From the human T2T-CHM13v2.0 reference genome, Homo sapiens: a stretch of DNA of 64,000 bases. The notes below the pieces were generated by a model, which saw only the letters and a program-made list of their open reading frames with translations, ran no database searches and was not told where the DNA came from. The position numbers and the translations under genes were made by a program. The stretch is from positions 36,800,001 through 36,864,000 of the forward strand of contig CP068257.2 of NCBI GenBank assembly GCA_009914755.4. Direction: 5' to 3'. Positions within the stretch are counted from its first letter, which is position 1. Each line of letters opens with the position of its first letter. Below are positions 14,288 to 29,063 of this stretch, in pieces.

Positions 14288-15551
14288 ACTCCTTGAGGAG
14301 TGTAACCTCTGCAGCAATCTCACACTTTTCCATGGCATTTGGTCATAACTGTGGTCACTCACAGGAACACAGAAATAGTGTAGGAAGACAACCAAACATT
14401 CATGATGGAAATAAAAAAAACCAGAATGCTGGTGTCCTTCTTCTAGTAACTGGAGACGTGCCCAATGAAACTGGCTTGTTGAGCTTCAAACAATAATCTC
14501 CCTTAAACAGCAGTTGGAGAATTAAGTTCTAATCATTTAAAATCATGAGCACTGACTTCTTAAAACATACTAGTATTCTGAATTAATGAGAAAAGGACAC
14601 GGCAAAGAATATCAAATACATTGGAAATTTTGTTAAATTTGAGTTAAGGAGAGAAGGCAGACACGTTGCTAAGCCCAGTTGGGTTCTCATAGGGTTACTG
14701 AATCAGAGGGCTGGAAGAAGCCCCATTTTCAAGCCCCCAGACATGACTGTCTGGAAACCACTTGGATGAACAAGAGTTTAGCTTCGTTAACAGTTTTTTA
14801 GGGAGGGGCTTCGTAATTTTCCTCTGCAACTCCAGAGTTCTATTTATAAATATGTATAGTGGTTTTAAATAGCCATTATTCCCCTACCTGTGTGCAAGCT
14901 ATGTGAAGTTTGGGGTGGCTTATAAAAATACATATAAGACAAAATGATAACATAAATAATTAACAGAATAAAAATGAGGAAACAAGGGCCAAAAAGGAAT
15001 TAAGAGATGAAAGCAGCCCACTGAGTAAGCTTACTATTTATCCTGCTGAGGTAGGATACCAATTCAACTCTGAGCTTTCTACTAGCCAAAGCAAAGACAC
15101 AAGTGCATCTGATGACAAGGTTTGAGGTATTAATAAGCTACATACAAACCAGTTATTCAGCAGAAATAAAGCTCTCCCTGGGTTAAGCTTTGAGAGTTTT
15201 TCTCGGGGCTTCTCATGAAGAAAACTGGATTATGCAGTAAACAATATCGTTCCCAACATCTCATAATACATCTAAGACCATCCCGCACCGTGCCAGGCGT
15301 AGCTGGTGGCAGAGCAGGACGCTCCCTGCACACAGTGCTCACATGCTGCAGCCACAGAGGATGAGAGACGGCATGTCCCCAGCCTCTCCTCCTTACTGGC
15401 TGCCATTGGAAAGATCAGACCTGTCAGAGAAGTCAATGCAAAAACATGAAAAAAACGTGTAATTAAAAAAGGAGAAAACCTTGAGAGATGCAGTGTTATA
15501 CATGCCTCTAGTTTCATAACTCCCAAATTTCTAGATTTGATTTGATTTTAT

Positions 15552-15836
<285 letters not shown>

Positions 15837-17539
15837 TGAAACCCCTAATTTCTAGATTTTAAATTCAAATTTACCAACACTAAATAGGGTCATGTTTATG
15901 TCTCCCAAGAGCACCAAATGCACTGTGGGTAAACAAATCTTTCCAGGCCTCAGTTGGTTAATCTTCCAACCAGTATTTCACTGTTGACTAATGATGAGCA
16001 TGGCTCCAGACTCTTTCCACGTGTTTATGTTATAATAAACATATGGATAAAGCATTTAACATGGTGCCTGGCACATGACCACGCCAGGTGTCAGCTATTG
16101 CTGTTAGTTCATTTCATCTGCACATCTCCATGACAGAAATACTCGAAAGCAGGAGCCTTGTTACAGATGAAGCACAGAGAGGTTGGATAACTTGCCCAAG
16201 ATCACACAGCCAGTAGTGGAAGAATTGGGATTTGAACCTAGATAGTCATGGTCTCGACTCCAAGTACTTCACTGCCCCACTCTATGCCCTTGCTTGGTAA
16301 ATCCGTGTGAGGAGTCTTTCATAGACCTAAAGCACCATTGAATGGATCCTCAGAAAACTTAATTTCATCACTATTAAGTATTCTAAAAGAACATCTTCAG
16401 AGTGGCCCTGAAGACAGTCATGGATGAGGGTTACAGACGTGAGCTGAGCAGGGCAGCCACGAAGGAGCAAGGCAGGGCCCCGTGGGAGACTTGGAAGGTG
16501 GCAATGTTTATGTCGAGATATAAATAGGTTTTGATAAGTTTGGTCTAAAAGAAATAGTCATCTCAATTTGCAGTTAAGCGTTCTATGCTTCTCCCCAAAA
16601 CTTCATTGCTGTGCCCAGCAGGGTGCATGTTTTACACAGATGATGGGCAAACATTCTTAAGTGCAAAAGGAAACCAGACAAAAAGTCCCCATGACGAGAC
16701 AGCCGAGTGGGAGTGCATCTGACTCTGACTGCAGGCCCAAAAAGATGGAGGTGAGGACCAGGACAGGAGCTGGACCACTGGGGAGGCAGTCAATCTAATT
16801 TTTTAAGATTAAATAAAATAAGTCCAAGATGAAAGCCTCCTTGAGCTGTCGTCCATACATAATACCCCTTAAACAAAAAAAAAGCGGGGTTGGTGGTGGG
16901 GACTAATATTACTGAAAAAACATACTGAGAAATGTAAAATTTGGTCTTTAGTCTTTGAAAAACAAAATAAACTTGGCATCTGACTTTGGTTTTCTCACAT
17001 CAGAGTCTACTTACAGCGAGGCAATTTCCGTCATGGAAAGAACCCGCAATGAAATGGCACAGCCGTGGCCATTAGCTTGACAAGCATGGAGCCTCAGCCC
17101 TTGTGAGTGTGAATGGGCCTCATTTATCCAAGAACGGCACTGAATACATCCCAGAGGGGCAGCCCCAAGCTCGCTGGCCACATTAAATCTGATTCACCCT
17201 CACTTCAGAACACTTAGCAGGGGCCCACTCCTTGGAGAAAGTCCAAGGCAAGTCAGAATGTAATTGCGGAAATCAATATGTCTTCTTCTTTGAGTCAGTG
17301 GAGGCAAACCCGCTAATCCTGTCGAAAATCTACCTATTCTTCTAGAGCCATCCTCCTTCCTAATCCTCTGAATTCCTCTTGCACCTGGACACGACTTTCC
17401 AGCCCCTTGTTCTCCATCACATGCTGGTGAAATGTCCCCGAACTCTTCCAAAGCTTTCTCCCTCCTGCTACCAGAGTGCTCTCCCCCAAACAGAAATGCA
17501 AGCTGCCCATGTCCAACCTAACCCCCATCATGGCCCAGA

Positions 17540-18015
17540 GCCCCTCCCTAGATTCTCCTCAGTGATCTGGCTCTGGAGCCCCTCAATTCACTCATTTGTT
17601 TAGCAAATATCTGTGGAGCATCTTTCTAGGCCAAGCACTGCCCCAGGTACTGGAGTTATATCAGTGTCTCTATTAACATGGGGCTGGCATTTGAGTAGCC
17701 AAAGCCCCTCTCCCCAACTCCATGTGCTCTGTGCTCAAAGACCACATTCCACATCACCCCCTAGTCTCTTCCCTTCAGGCCTTCACTTTTGCTACTCCCT
17801 CTGCCTTCAAGGCCTATGACCACCTGATACCTGCCCTATTCACCTGTTCACCACCTGGTACCTGCTCTATTCACCTGTCCATGCTCACCTCTAGGTTCTC
17901 TACAAGCCTTTCCTGGGCCGCCAGAGAGGAATGTCTCCCTTCCAATTGCACCATTCTCTGTATTTTCTCAGTAAGTGTCTGCAGGATGAGTGAGTACATT
18001 TATGAATGAATCTTC
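17540..18015 (+). mobile_element. Probable L2 (LINE-2) 3'-end fragment
   Basis: Resembles the L2 3' terminus: ..ctgtgctcaaagaccacattccacatcaccc..cttcaggccttcacttttgctactccctctgcc...ctctacaagcctttcctgggccgccagagag...tacatttatgaatgaatc. Recognition is by eye only. Confidence 0.45.
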
Positions 18016-19456
18016 CATTTAAATATTGAGTTCCTTATCTCATACCTGCAGTGCAAGAGAAAGCCCCTCGTGTTGCAGTCAGAAAACCATTGCTGACCTT
18101 GGTTGACCTTAGATGGGTCACCTAACCTTTCGAGGCTCAACTCCTTCATTCATAAAAATGAATGGATGCTTTCTTGAGGTTGCTGTGAGGACATCCCTGA
18201 GATGATGCCTGTGAAGAAAGTCTGCAAACTGTGAAGCACTATACAGATTAACACAGCAACATACTGCATGTGCATGGCTGTGCATGCGTGTATGTGGGTG
18301 TAAATGTGAGGCTTTTTGTTCTTGGCAACTGTTCATAACTGTACCTCGGTGAACTCTTAGGTAGGTCAGGAAGCTAAGGTTTACTATTGTGCAGTGTTCA
18401 GCATGCAACTGCTTTTTGGAATGTCACTGTCTTTCTGAATGTTCCTTTTGGTTTATTAGGTTAGTTCACATTAAGAAGAACTTGGTGAGGAAGCCACATG
18501 GAAGAAATGGAAAGGCTTTCTTTGGCAGCTCTACCCTAAGAGGGCAAAGGGGTCAGTTCTGCGAGAGAACCCCCACAAGGAGGCTGGCCCGGGACAAGCA
18601 TTCCAGGCCTGTCTCAAGTCTGAATACAAATAAATCCCTTCTCAGGTGGTTTTCTTCATAAGGATCCTAAAAGCATATACTTAGTCCTAATCGACTGAGC
18701 AAGCTCCTAATCAAGTTTCATAGTGTGAATCGAGGTCAGTCACCACAAAAGGTATTTTTAGGACCCCAGACAAGGAGGGGATTGTCTGGAGCGCTGCAGG
18801 GTAATTTGTGGGTCTGTTTTATTTCTGAATCAGAGGCAGTGGAAAAGCTGTTTCAGACCCCATGGCTGGAGCAGCGGGTGGAGCTCAGCAGTGATTCATG
18901 TAGAACTCCGGGCTCAAACTGAAACCGTAGATGTTTGTCTTCACAGCTGTGTGTTATTTTTACCCTTACTAAATATTCTCTCTTACACCTGGAATTTCAG
19001 CCTCTTCCCAACAGTCCTGTTCCTTCCCCCTTCCCTGAAGCAGTTGAAGACAAAATTAATTAAAAAGTCACCACCAGCTCACCAACAGTTAGTTCTTTGT
19101 CCCCTTAAAGGGGCTCGATGTTTCCCTGAGAAAGTTTCATTATTTAAGTTTATATTTCTCTTTACAGCCAAAAACGAATGCCAGCAAGACCGTGTTGCTT
19201 TTAGATCTTGAAAACTGGAGGGAAATGCACCATTTTGGGATTCATCATTTGAAAACAAAATGTTCTGTAGCATAAGATCTCTACAAGCAGTTACATGACA
19301 AAGATCAGATGTGACATCTTTTCTATCTTGTGCACGTCTTTTAATTTGTCTGAAAGACTCCTTTTTCAGAGAAGAAAGGATTGAGCCCAATAGCCAGTAT
19401 GGTGCTTCATGTTTTTATAACAGGCCAGGTGAATCCTGGTAACCAAAACAATTTTA

Positions 19457-19694
19457 CTTTCTTTTTTTCTTTTTTTTTTTTTTTTGAGACGGAGTTTTGC
19501 TCTTGTTGCCTAGGCTGGAGTGCAATGGCGCGATCTCAGCTCACTGCAACCTCCGCCCCCACTGGGTTCAAGCGATTCTCCCGCCTCAGCCTCCGGGATT
19601 ATAGGCACCTGGCTAATTTTTTTTTTAATATATATTTTTAGTAGAGATGGGGTTTCACCATGTTGGCCAGGCTGGTCTCGAACTCCTGACCCAC
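19457..19694 (-). mobile_element. Alu SINE, truncated at its 5' end
   Basis: Runs from poly-T through gagacggagttttgctcttgttgcctaggctggagtgcaatggcgcgatctcagctcactgcaacctccgcc to ...ggtctcgaactcctgacc. Confidence 0.88.
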
Positions 19695-20325
19695 CTATTA
19701 TTTTTAAAATGTGATTGTTTTGGAAACACCTGGTGAGGTTAATGTAAAGGTGAGTGCAGGTGAACTGACCTGATGTGATAAAGTAAGATAGTAATAAATG
19801 TTTCTAAAATGTGTAACATATACAAAAAATCAAAATGCAGTTGGCACTTGGATTTGGTGCATCTTGTCACTGCTTGTCTGACACGTGGAGAGAACCTTGC
19901 TATCCCTCTCAATGCAGGAAAGACGTTCAGCTTCTTCTAAGAAGCCCTGAGGGAGTGAAGAAGAGTCCAGGCCTGTGGTCAAATGGCCAACTTTCACTTT
20001 CACTAACTTTCACTTGAGCAAGTGACGAAAACTTTTGGAAACTCAGTGGTCATCCGTAAATGTGAATAATCATAATAATGTCATCTCATAGATGTTTGAG
20101 AAAACTGGACAATATGTTGTATACCAAAATCTATTAATAAATCATGTGGGTTTTAGAAATATGGGTTAATATTATCCCTTTCAGGGTCTTTTTCTCCTGC
20201 CCAGGTAGAGTTGATGGTACCCTCATATCTGTTATTGCTGGGCCCTGAACATCGCTCTGTACTGAATGTGTCTTATGATCTCACAGAATCTTTTTCACCT
20301 TTGGTAGACCATGAGCTCCTCTTAG

Positions 20326-20638
<313 letters not shown>

Positions 20639-22271
20639 AGCTTCACTTAATTCTTAATCCATCTCCATCGAAGCTAACACAGTCCATGATGCAGATTAAA
20701 CACTAAATACACGTTGGTTTCCTGCAGCATTTGTCAACTTCGACACTAGTGCCACTCGGAGCCAGGTCACTCTTTGGACAGGTGGGGGTGGGGGCTGCAG
20801 GGGCGCTGCCCTGTGTACTGCAGGATGTCCCCGGCCTCTACCCACCAGACACCAGTAACACCTCCCAGCTGTGACCAGCAGAAACACGAGCATTGGCAAA
20901 TGCCTCTGGGGGCCACATCACGATGGTTGAGAACCACTGGGCTAATGAATTAAGATCCACTGAGCTCAGGCAAGGAGGCAAGAGCCTCTTGTTTTACCTG
21001 GTGTTTATTAGAGAGAAGTTCCTGTCCCCAGTGTCTGGGGTGATGCTTAAAAGGGGCCCTTAAAGGGGCCTCTATGCTCATGAGGATTCCTAGTTATGGT
21101 TTGTCCGTACCTTGTTTGGGGTACATTCCCCAAGCCTTGGCCCATCCTCGCTTCCTCTTTTCCTCATGCCATATGTCCAACCCATCAGCAAAGCACGTTA
21201 ATTCCACCTTCCAACTATACCCAGGATGCGACTGCCTCTCCCACCCTCCCTTGCTACCACTCTCACCCACTCTCACGCAGATGTCTCCCATCCTACACCC
21301 ACATTTTCTCAGGAAGACTTCAACACAGGAGCCAGAGAGGCCCTGCAAAATCTAAGTAACACTATATCCCTCCTTTGCCTCAAGTCCCCTAATGATTTCT
21401 GAACTCACCAGAAAGTCAAAGTCAAAGTCCGGCAATGGCCCCACGGGCTCTCCAAACTCATCATCTATTACTCTTCTTCTTGGACACTAAACAGCAGCCA
21501 CGATGGCCTGCTTGTTGTCCTCGAACACCTCAAGCTGACCTCAGGGCCTTTGCATTTAGCATTCCCTCCTCTTGGAATATTTTCTGCTGTTTAATCACGG
21601 GCCTTCTCCCTCAACTGCCTTTGCAGCTTTACTCAAACATCACTTTTTTGTGATCTTCTCCAGCCACCTTCTTTAGAGCTGCCATCCGCTTCACGTCTTT
21701 ATTTTTCTCCTTAGCATTTACCATGATCTAACCTGCTGTGTTTTCATAAGTGGTCTGATGTCATGACCATCTTCACTGCTAGAAAGTGAACTTAGTGAGG
21801 CAAAACTTTTTTGTATATTTTATCACTCTATCCCAAGAGACTAGGAAAGTAGGTGCTCAATAAATATTCATTGAATGAATGAATGACTCCACGCATAAAC
21901 AGTATGTCTAAGGCCCTGATGGACCCAGCAGATACTCCCTACTTTTTCTCATCTCCATCACATGACAAATGGCATGTTTTTTAAATAACATCTATAAAAC
22001 ATCCTGCTATCTGACCCGAGGCTGGAGTTATTCATGGCATGCAATGAATCTATCCCAGAGAGAGGCAAGGCCCAGATAGCATTGTCTCTCGCTGCACAGG
22101 CCCAGCTGGGCAAAGCGCCAATGTGGCGGGAGGGAAGGAGGTATTTCTCAACTCAGGCAAGGACTTCTGGGGAACAACCCCACCTCCGCGTAGATCCTCC
22201 CAGATCATTCGCTGGGTGGGTCACCTTTACCCAGCTGCTGGGCTTTCTCATTTTTCATCTCCTTGGATCGT

Positions 22272-22460
22272 GCAACAGAGCAGTGGTTCTCAGACTACCA
22301 GGCATCGGAATCCCGCAGAGGGCTCCTTCAAACACAGCGTGCTGGGCTGCCACCCAGGTCTCTTCCGATTCTAGGGCAGGGCCTAAGAAGCCGCATCTCA
22401 AACAAGCTCCCAGGTGGAGGTGATGCTGCTGGTCCCGGAGCCCACGCTGAGAATCACCAC
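22272..22460 (-). mobile_element. MER5-type nonautonomous DNA transposon (hAT-Charlie) copy
   Basis: The reverse complement reads ttctcagcgtgggctccgggaccagcagcatcacctccacctgggagcttgtttgagatgc...cctgggtggcagcccagcacgctgtgtttgaaggagccc...gtctgagaaccactg. This matches the cagtggttctcaaagtgtggtcc...atcacctgggaacttgttagaaatgca...tttgagaaccactg family. The family name is from memory. Confidence 0.5.
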
Positions 22461-23902
22461 ACCGGGGGAACCCTCACTCAACAGAATCAAACATGGCAAT
22501 GGCTCCAGGTGGCCTGCAGACTGGGCTGAGGGGGGACTCACAGCATGGCACATAAATTGACTGAGTTCCACCTGCAGTGAGCCTCCAGGTGGGCTTCACG
22601 AAATCGCCATCGCCTGTGGAAAGGGGAAGGTGCCACTTAGTGTAAGCTGCCTGTGATCTGGCTGGCCTGAGCTGGGGATGCTCAGATGGAGGAAAAGCAG
22701 CCTGCTCTGCACAGACCTGCCAGCCTGCTCACGAGAAGACAGTTTGCTTGTGGACCATGAGTGAGCAGGTGTTACCTCTTGGCTTATCCTGCTAGTCTAT
22801 CATGACTTGAGCTTTGGGGACCTCACAGCAAATTCAGGGCATTGGTAGGGAGCTCACGAGAGGCTGAGCAGGCGCTGAAACTCCCAGCCAGGCCCTTGGT
22901 GTGGATGGCACAGGAAAACAGCTGGTTTTAGTTTGGCCACACACTGACAGTTCTCCATTGTGTGAACACTTGGGGCTTTCTGGTGCGTGAGGCTAGAGTG
23001 AAGAAAGGGAGAGGGTGGCTGTGGACCACCGAAGCTGAAAAATGATGTCCTGTGTCTACACAACGTGCAATTAGATTACTGTCTGCAAGAATGCTGCTGT
23101 TTGATCTGGCAGTGGCCAAGCCAAACCCACAAGGACATCCCAGTTGGCTCGCAAAGCAGTGGTTCCTTTCTCTCCTGTTTTTCTTTTATTATGCTTTACA
23201 GAAACTCTATTATAATGGCAACAGATCTCGTTTCACCACTTGTATTTCATTTCAGGAGCTTGTAAGCACGTTAGGACTGAGGTTTTGTAGAATTCCACTA
23301 TTCGGTTGGGAACTAAGTCCTTCCTTTCTCTCAAAGCACATGGCCTTTTTCTCCGTGGGTACTGGATGGATAGGGATGGACAGAGGGCACTATTCCCAAG
23401 CTGGGTATTCTAGGCAGAAGGAGGTGGGCCATGTTCTGGAAAGACCTAAGCTGCAGAGAGTGCACTTCTCCCGTGGAGGTGTCTGCAAGATAGTCAGGGG
23501 CCACAAAGGTAACAGCCCACAAGTTCTAGCCAAAGAGTAATATTTGACTTACGTAACTTCCCCTTGGACTTGACTTCAAGTGGCATGTGCACTACAGGAA
23601 AGCCCATTATGCATAAGCTAAGAGGAGGGACAATTAGAAGAAGCTATTGGGCCAGGGGCCAGGAGATGGGCTAACTCCCTGGCACAGCTGGCCTGGGGCT
23701 TCCGAGTCTGGAAGGATGCAGGTGCAGGTAGTGGAGCGTTGAGGAGCTGCACTCCTGGCGGGGCTCCTCCAGAGGCAGGCAGCCACACACTGCTCTGCAG
23801 CATCTCATCTGTGAGCCCCTCCGTGGCAGAATCTGCGTCTCCGTGAACCCTGCCTCTGCCCTGGCCCCTCGAGCTGGGCTGACACAGCCCGGTGCTGGTT
23901 CA

Positions 23903-24367
<465 letters not shown>

Positions 24368-25565
24368 TCAGCTTTCTTTTCCCCCATTCCCCTTCAGGAA
24401 GCCCGTTGGATTGTTAATAGCAGAACACTGACTCACCACTTATGTTTCAATTCTTTCAGATCACTGAGCTTGAGCAGCCCCCTAGTGAACCTCTGACCTG
24501 ACACGCCACCCCCTTTACCACCCGCTGTCCAGTCAGGCTGAGCTCCAGCAGCAGCGGTGAACTGGCCCCCCAGAGCACACTGGTTTGGAGATCTAAAAAG
24601 TACAATGGGTCACCAGTCACTGATGAGTGCAGCATCCCTGGAAGTCAGGTGTGGGGGTCAGTTTCCTGTGTCAACTTGGCCAGGCCGTAGCACCCAGTGA
24701 CTTAATCAAATGCTAACTGAGGTTGTACTGGGAAGGCATTTGCACAGGTAGCTAGTCAGTTGAACTTGACTAAAGGAGATGATGTCAGATAATGTGAGTG
24801 GGCCTTGTCTAATCAGTTGAAGGCCTTAAGAACAAAGCCTGCGGTTTCCAGAGCAGAAGAAATTCTGCCTACTTTCCAGCCTGCCAGCCTCCCCTGCAGA
24901 TCTCAGACCTGCCCACTCCCACAACTGCATTAGCCAATTCCTTCAAATAAATATCTTAAAATGTAAAAATATCCTATAAGTTCTATTTCTCTAGAGAATC
25001 CCAACTGATACACCAGGCCAGCACCCAGACACAATGCCAGGAGACACACTGAGCTCTGGGGGAGACGGGCATGAGCTCTGTATCTTTCTCTTCTACAAAG
25101 GGGATTAGTGTCAGCCACTCCTCTCCCTCCCCCTGGAACATCCTTGTGGGTAGGGGACGATGACACTTGGTGACTGGTTGACATCTGTACATTGCTAGAT
25201 GCCTCAAAGCGGAGGCAGCCTCTGCAGCCAGTGTTCCTCCCCTGCCTATTACAACCCAGCTGCCCTTTTCCTCAAAGGAGGCACGTAGGCCTGGATTGAA
25301 GGCAGATGAGGTCCACCTTGTTCCCTTCATGAACAGCACCTGCCAAACCGACATCACCGAACCCACCGGAGGACCCGGAGGATGAAGAGGATGACATGAT
25401 GGTCTTCACTCGGTATCCACCCACCAAAACACATCACCGATGCTTTAGGAGCTGGAACAGCATTGAAAGTTTACGACGGCAGCAATCTGGGCAATGTTAG
25501 AATTCTATGAGCCCTGAGAGAGGAACTCTTAAAGTTCCCATTGTTTCCTTGAAAGAAAATGTCAA

Positions 25566-25854
25566 GGCCGGGCACGGTGGCTAACACCTGTAATCCCAGC
25601 AATCTGAGAGGCCAAGATGGGTGGATTGAGTTCGAGACCAGCCTGGCCAACATGGTGAAACCCCATCTCTACTAAAAATACAAAATTTAGCCAAGCATGG
25701 TGGCGGATGCCTGTAATCCCAGCTACTCAGGAGGCTGAGGCAGGGGAGTCGCTTGAACCCCGGGGGGTGCAGGTTGCAGTAAGCTGAGATCGTGCCACTT
25801 CCCTGCAGCCTGGGTAAAAAAGAGCAAAACTCCATCTAAAAGAAAAATAAAAAA
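25566..25854 (+). mobile_element. Alu SINE
   Basis: Starts ggccgggcacggtggctaacacctgtaatcc. The target-site duplication gaaagaaaatgtc lies at 25550-25562 and 25855-25867. Confidence 0.92.
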
Positions 25855-26049
25855 GAAAGAAAATGTCCAGTTCCCCTGAAAAAGATGTTTCCTGGAAAGA
25901 GACCCTCAGCGCAGCACCAGCCTTTCACTTGCCTGACAGAAAAACCACCCAAGAGCTTTCCCCAGTCTGCTGCGCTGAGGGCCCTGGGGCGGAACTGCCC
26001 TGGTGTCTTTCTTATGGACTGAAGCTCCTGGTGTCTTTCTTTCTTATAG

Positions 26050-26548
<499 letters not shown>

Positions 26549-27101
26549 AGAATGCTTATTTTATTTTAAATTCGGGAGTAACACAGTGAGAACAATAGAA
26601 ACTTTCATTTCTGGAGCACTGTTCTCGCCTCCTCACTCAGTCTCCCTTCGGAGGCTTGCTGAATCCAGACTGGCCCCAGGCCAGACTCTCAAACAAGGGC
26701 CAGGACATGGCTCACTCTGCCTGTTGTCCATCGGAAATCATCTCAGTGCCCTTTTGTCTGAGATGTTTCCTTCCTCTCTCCCCACTTTCCAACATCCCCC
26801 TCCTCCCTGCAGGTGAATTGCTCATAGGTAGAAATTAGCCTCTGCAGAAGAAAAGCTTTAGAAATGTGTCCCGGTCTTAGTGTCTCTGCCGTGATCACGC
26901 TGGCATATATGGGATCATATGACCCCACCCAAAACAGAATTCATTCAGTGTTTCCAGGCTGTGTTCCACCAACTGATCTACTGCATAAACACTGCTGCAT
27001 TCTTTAGAACATGATTACCCTGCATTCTTCTGTGTTTCCGAAATATATATAGTTAATGATCAACAGAAACATTGTATCAAATGCATAGGATTTATGGGTA
27101 A

Positions 27102-27331
27102 AAAATATTTACATGTAATCATTAATTTCCCACAACTTTGGTGTCCTGGACCCATCATTGCATTTTCTATCCAGGTCCTTCTGTAACTCCAGGAATGAAT
27201 CTCTTGATGAGATTCAAAAATATTTACATGTAATCATTAATTTCCCACAACTTTGGTGTCCTGGACCCATCATTGCATTTTCTACCCAGGTCCTTCTGTA
27301 ACTCCAGGAATGAATCTCCTGATGAGATTCA
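27102..27331. repeat. Tandem duplication of a 115-bp unit, 2 copies, 2 mismatches
   Basis: aaaatatttacatgtaatcattaatttcccacaactttggtgtcctggacccatcattgcattttcta(t/c)ccaggtccttctgtaactccaggaatgaatctc(t/c)tgatgagattca occurs at 27102-27216 and 27217-27331. Confidence 0.95.
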
Positions 27332-28479
27332 AGATGGGCCTGCCTCGAGTTCCACTTAAAGGACCAGTGCGGTGGCAATATGTAGCATCAGAGCCAGTGC
27401 ACTTTCAAGAAGCAGATGCACAGACGCAAACTGACTTCTCAGAGTGGAGGAGTGTTCTGGCATCTCCCATCTCCCCATCTGGCACGTCCAGCCTTGCCGT
27501 TGACATTCCCTCTAGGACACTGTGACTTGGCACCTTCATTAACACCACACTAGGAATTGACGCAACCGTTTCCAGACTTATAAACTATGACACTTATAAT
27601 AAACCTTTTTAGCGTTAAAACATATATGTAACAAAAAGGCCCCATTACAGCTTCAACAGAGTGGAAAATGCTCAGGGTGTGGAGTCAAACACTCCTGGTT
27701 TAAATCCAAACTCTGATTCCATTTAAGTGGTGATTTGGGGTCAGACTGGAAATGCCTGATCACAGGTTTCTTCATCCATCAAATGGGGTCAAGTATACTT
27801 CATGAGGGGCTGCTCGGAGGACTGAGGGGCTACTGGATATAAAAGGGCTTTGTACACAGTAAAGTTTCCGAAAATGTGAGCTGTTCTTATGACCTGATGG
27901 TAGATTATGCAACATTTCGAAGAAATAATCTGTTCTTTATCCTAAGATTTGATATTCTTTTTCCTGAATATATATGGGGTATTAGATCATAATTGAAATT
28001 AATTTTACTTTTCAAAACTACACAGAATTCAACACTTTTTGAGGGCCAGGGACAGTTCTGCATTTGGTAATACATTTTACGTGACAGTTGTATGTTCATG
28101 ACAAACTCAGGGAAGCTAATAATTATGGGAGACACCGGAGAGGGCTTTATGTGTAAGCTAAGAGGAGGAAAAAAAAAAAAAACAAACAGCAGGCATTAAG
28201 AGAAGAGGACCGCAGAGATCAGAGGGTGGGGTGAGGGTGGAGGGCAGACAATGGAGATCCACTAGCAAATTCAAGTGGCTTGGACATACGCCGCACTGCC
28301 TGGCCACTAGCTGACACTCTCCCTTTGTGAAAACATAAGACGGCATTATTTTCCAGGCAATCAAACCTCAGATGAATTCTGCCATATGTGGGCAAGGCTC
28401 CCCTCCCACAGAGCCCTCGTGCCTGGGAAATAGAATTGAACACATCTTCAAAGAGAGTTCTTGGTAAATATACTACTAA

Positions 28480-28767
<288 letters not shown>

Positions 28768-28845
28768 TGACTGACTTCCACTTTGCCTTTGCAAAGGATA
28801 GGAAAATGGGAGGTCAGGGAGAGAAAGGGGCGGAAGTCTCCTTAC

Positions 28846-29063
28846 CTTGAGCCATTCACCTGGCTAGGGTTACATTCCATTTTGATGGTGACCCTGGCTG
28901 GGGGTTGAGACAGCCAATCCTGCTGAGGGACGCGTGGGCTCATCTTGGAAGTCTGTCCATAGTCGCTGGAGGAGGACGCGGTCATCTCTGTCTTAGCCAG
29001 GTGTGGCGTTCCGTAGGCACACTCAAACAACGACTGGTCCTCACTCACAACTGATAAGGCTTC
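28846..29063 (-). CDS. ERG: ERG coding exon 4 (218 bp). It encodes ..[72 protein letters not shown](R). This is the acceptor exon of the commonest TMPRSS2-ERG fusion transcript (T1/E4). It contains an in-frame ATG at 28983-28985 (minus strand).
   Basis: The minus-strand sequence starts GAAGCCTTATCAGTTGTGAGTGAGGACCAG after a polypyrimidine tract plus AG (tgtgtttctttgggcattcag|GAAGCC, AG at 29064-29065). It ends ...GTGAATGGCTCAAG|gtaaggag (GT at 28844-28845). Third codon positions are strongly GC-biased and CpGs are retained. The open frame continues into the next exon (AG|G = Arg). Confidence 0.93.

Noticed and set aside
22034-22529. Overlapping 129-, 83- and 88-aa plus-strand ORFs in a GC-rich block
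   Set aside because: The sequence is a MER5-type DNA-transposon copy plus GC-rich flank. The ORFs are in three different frames over the same DNA.
23052-23540. A 162-aa plus ORF
   Set aside because: It has no codon bias or recognisable domain, and it is antisense to ERG inside intron 4. It is a chance ORF.
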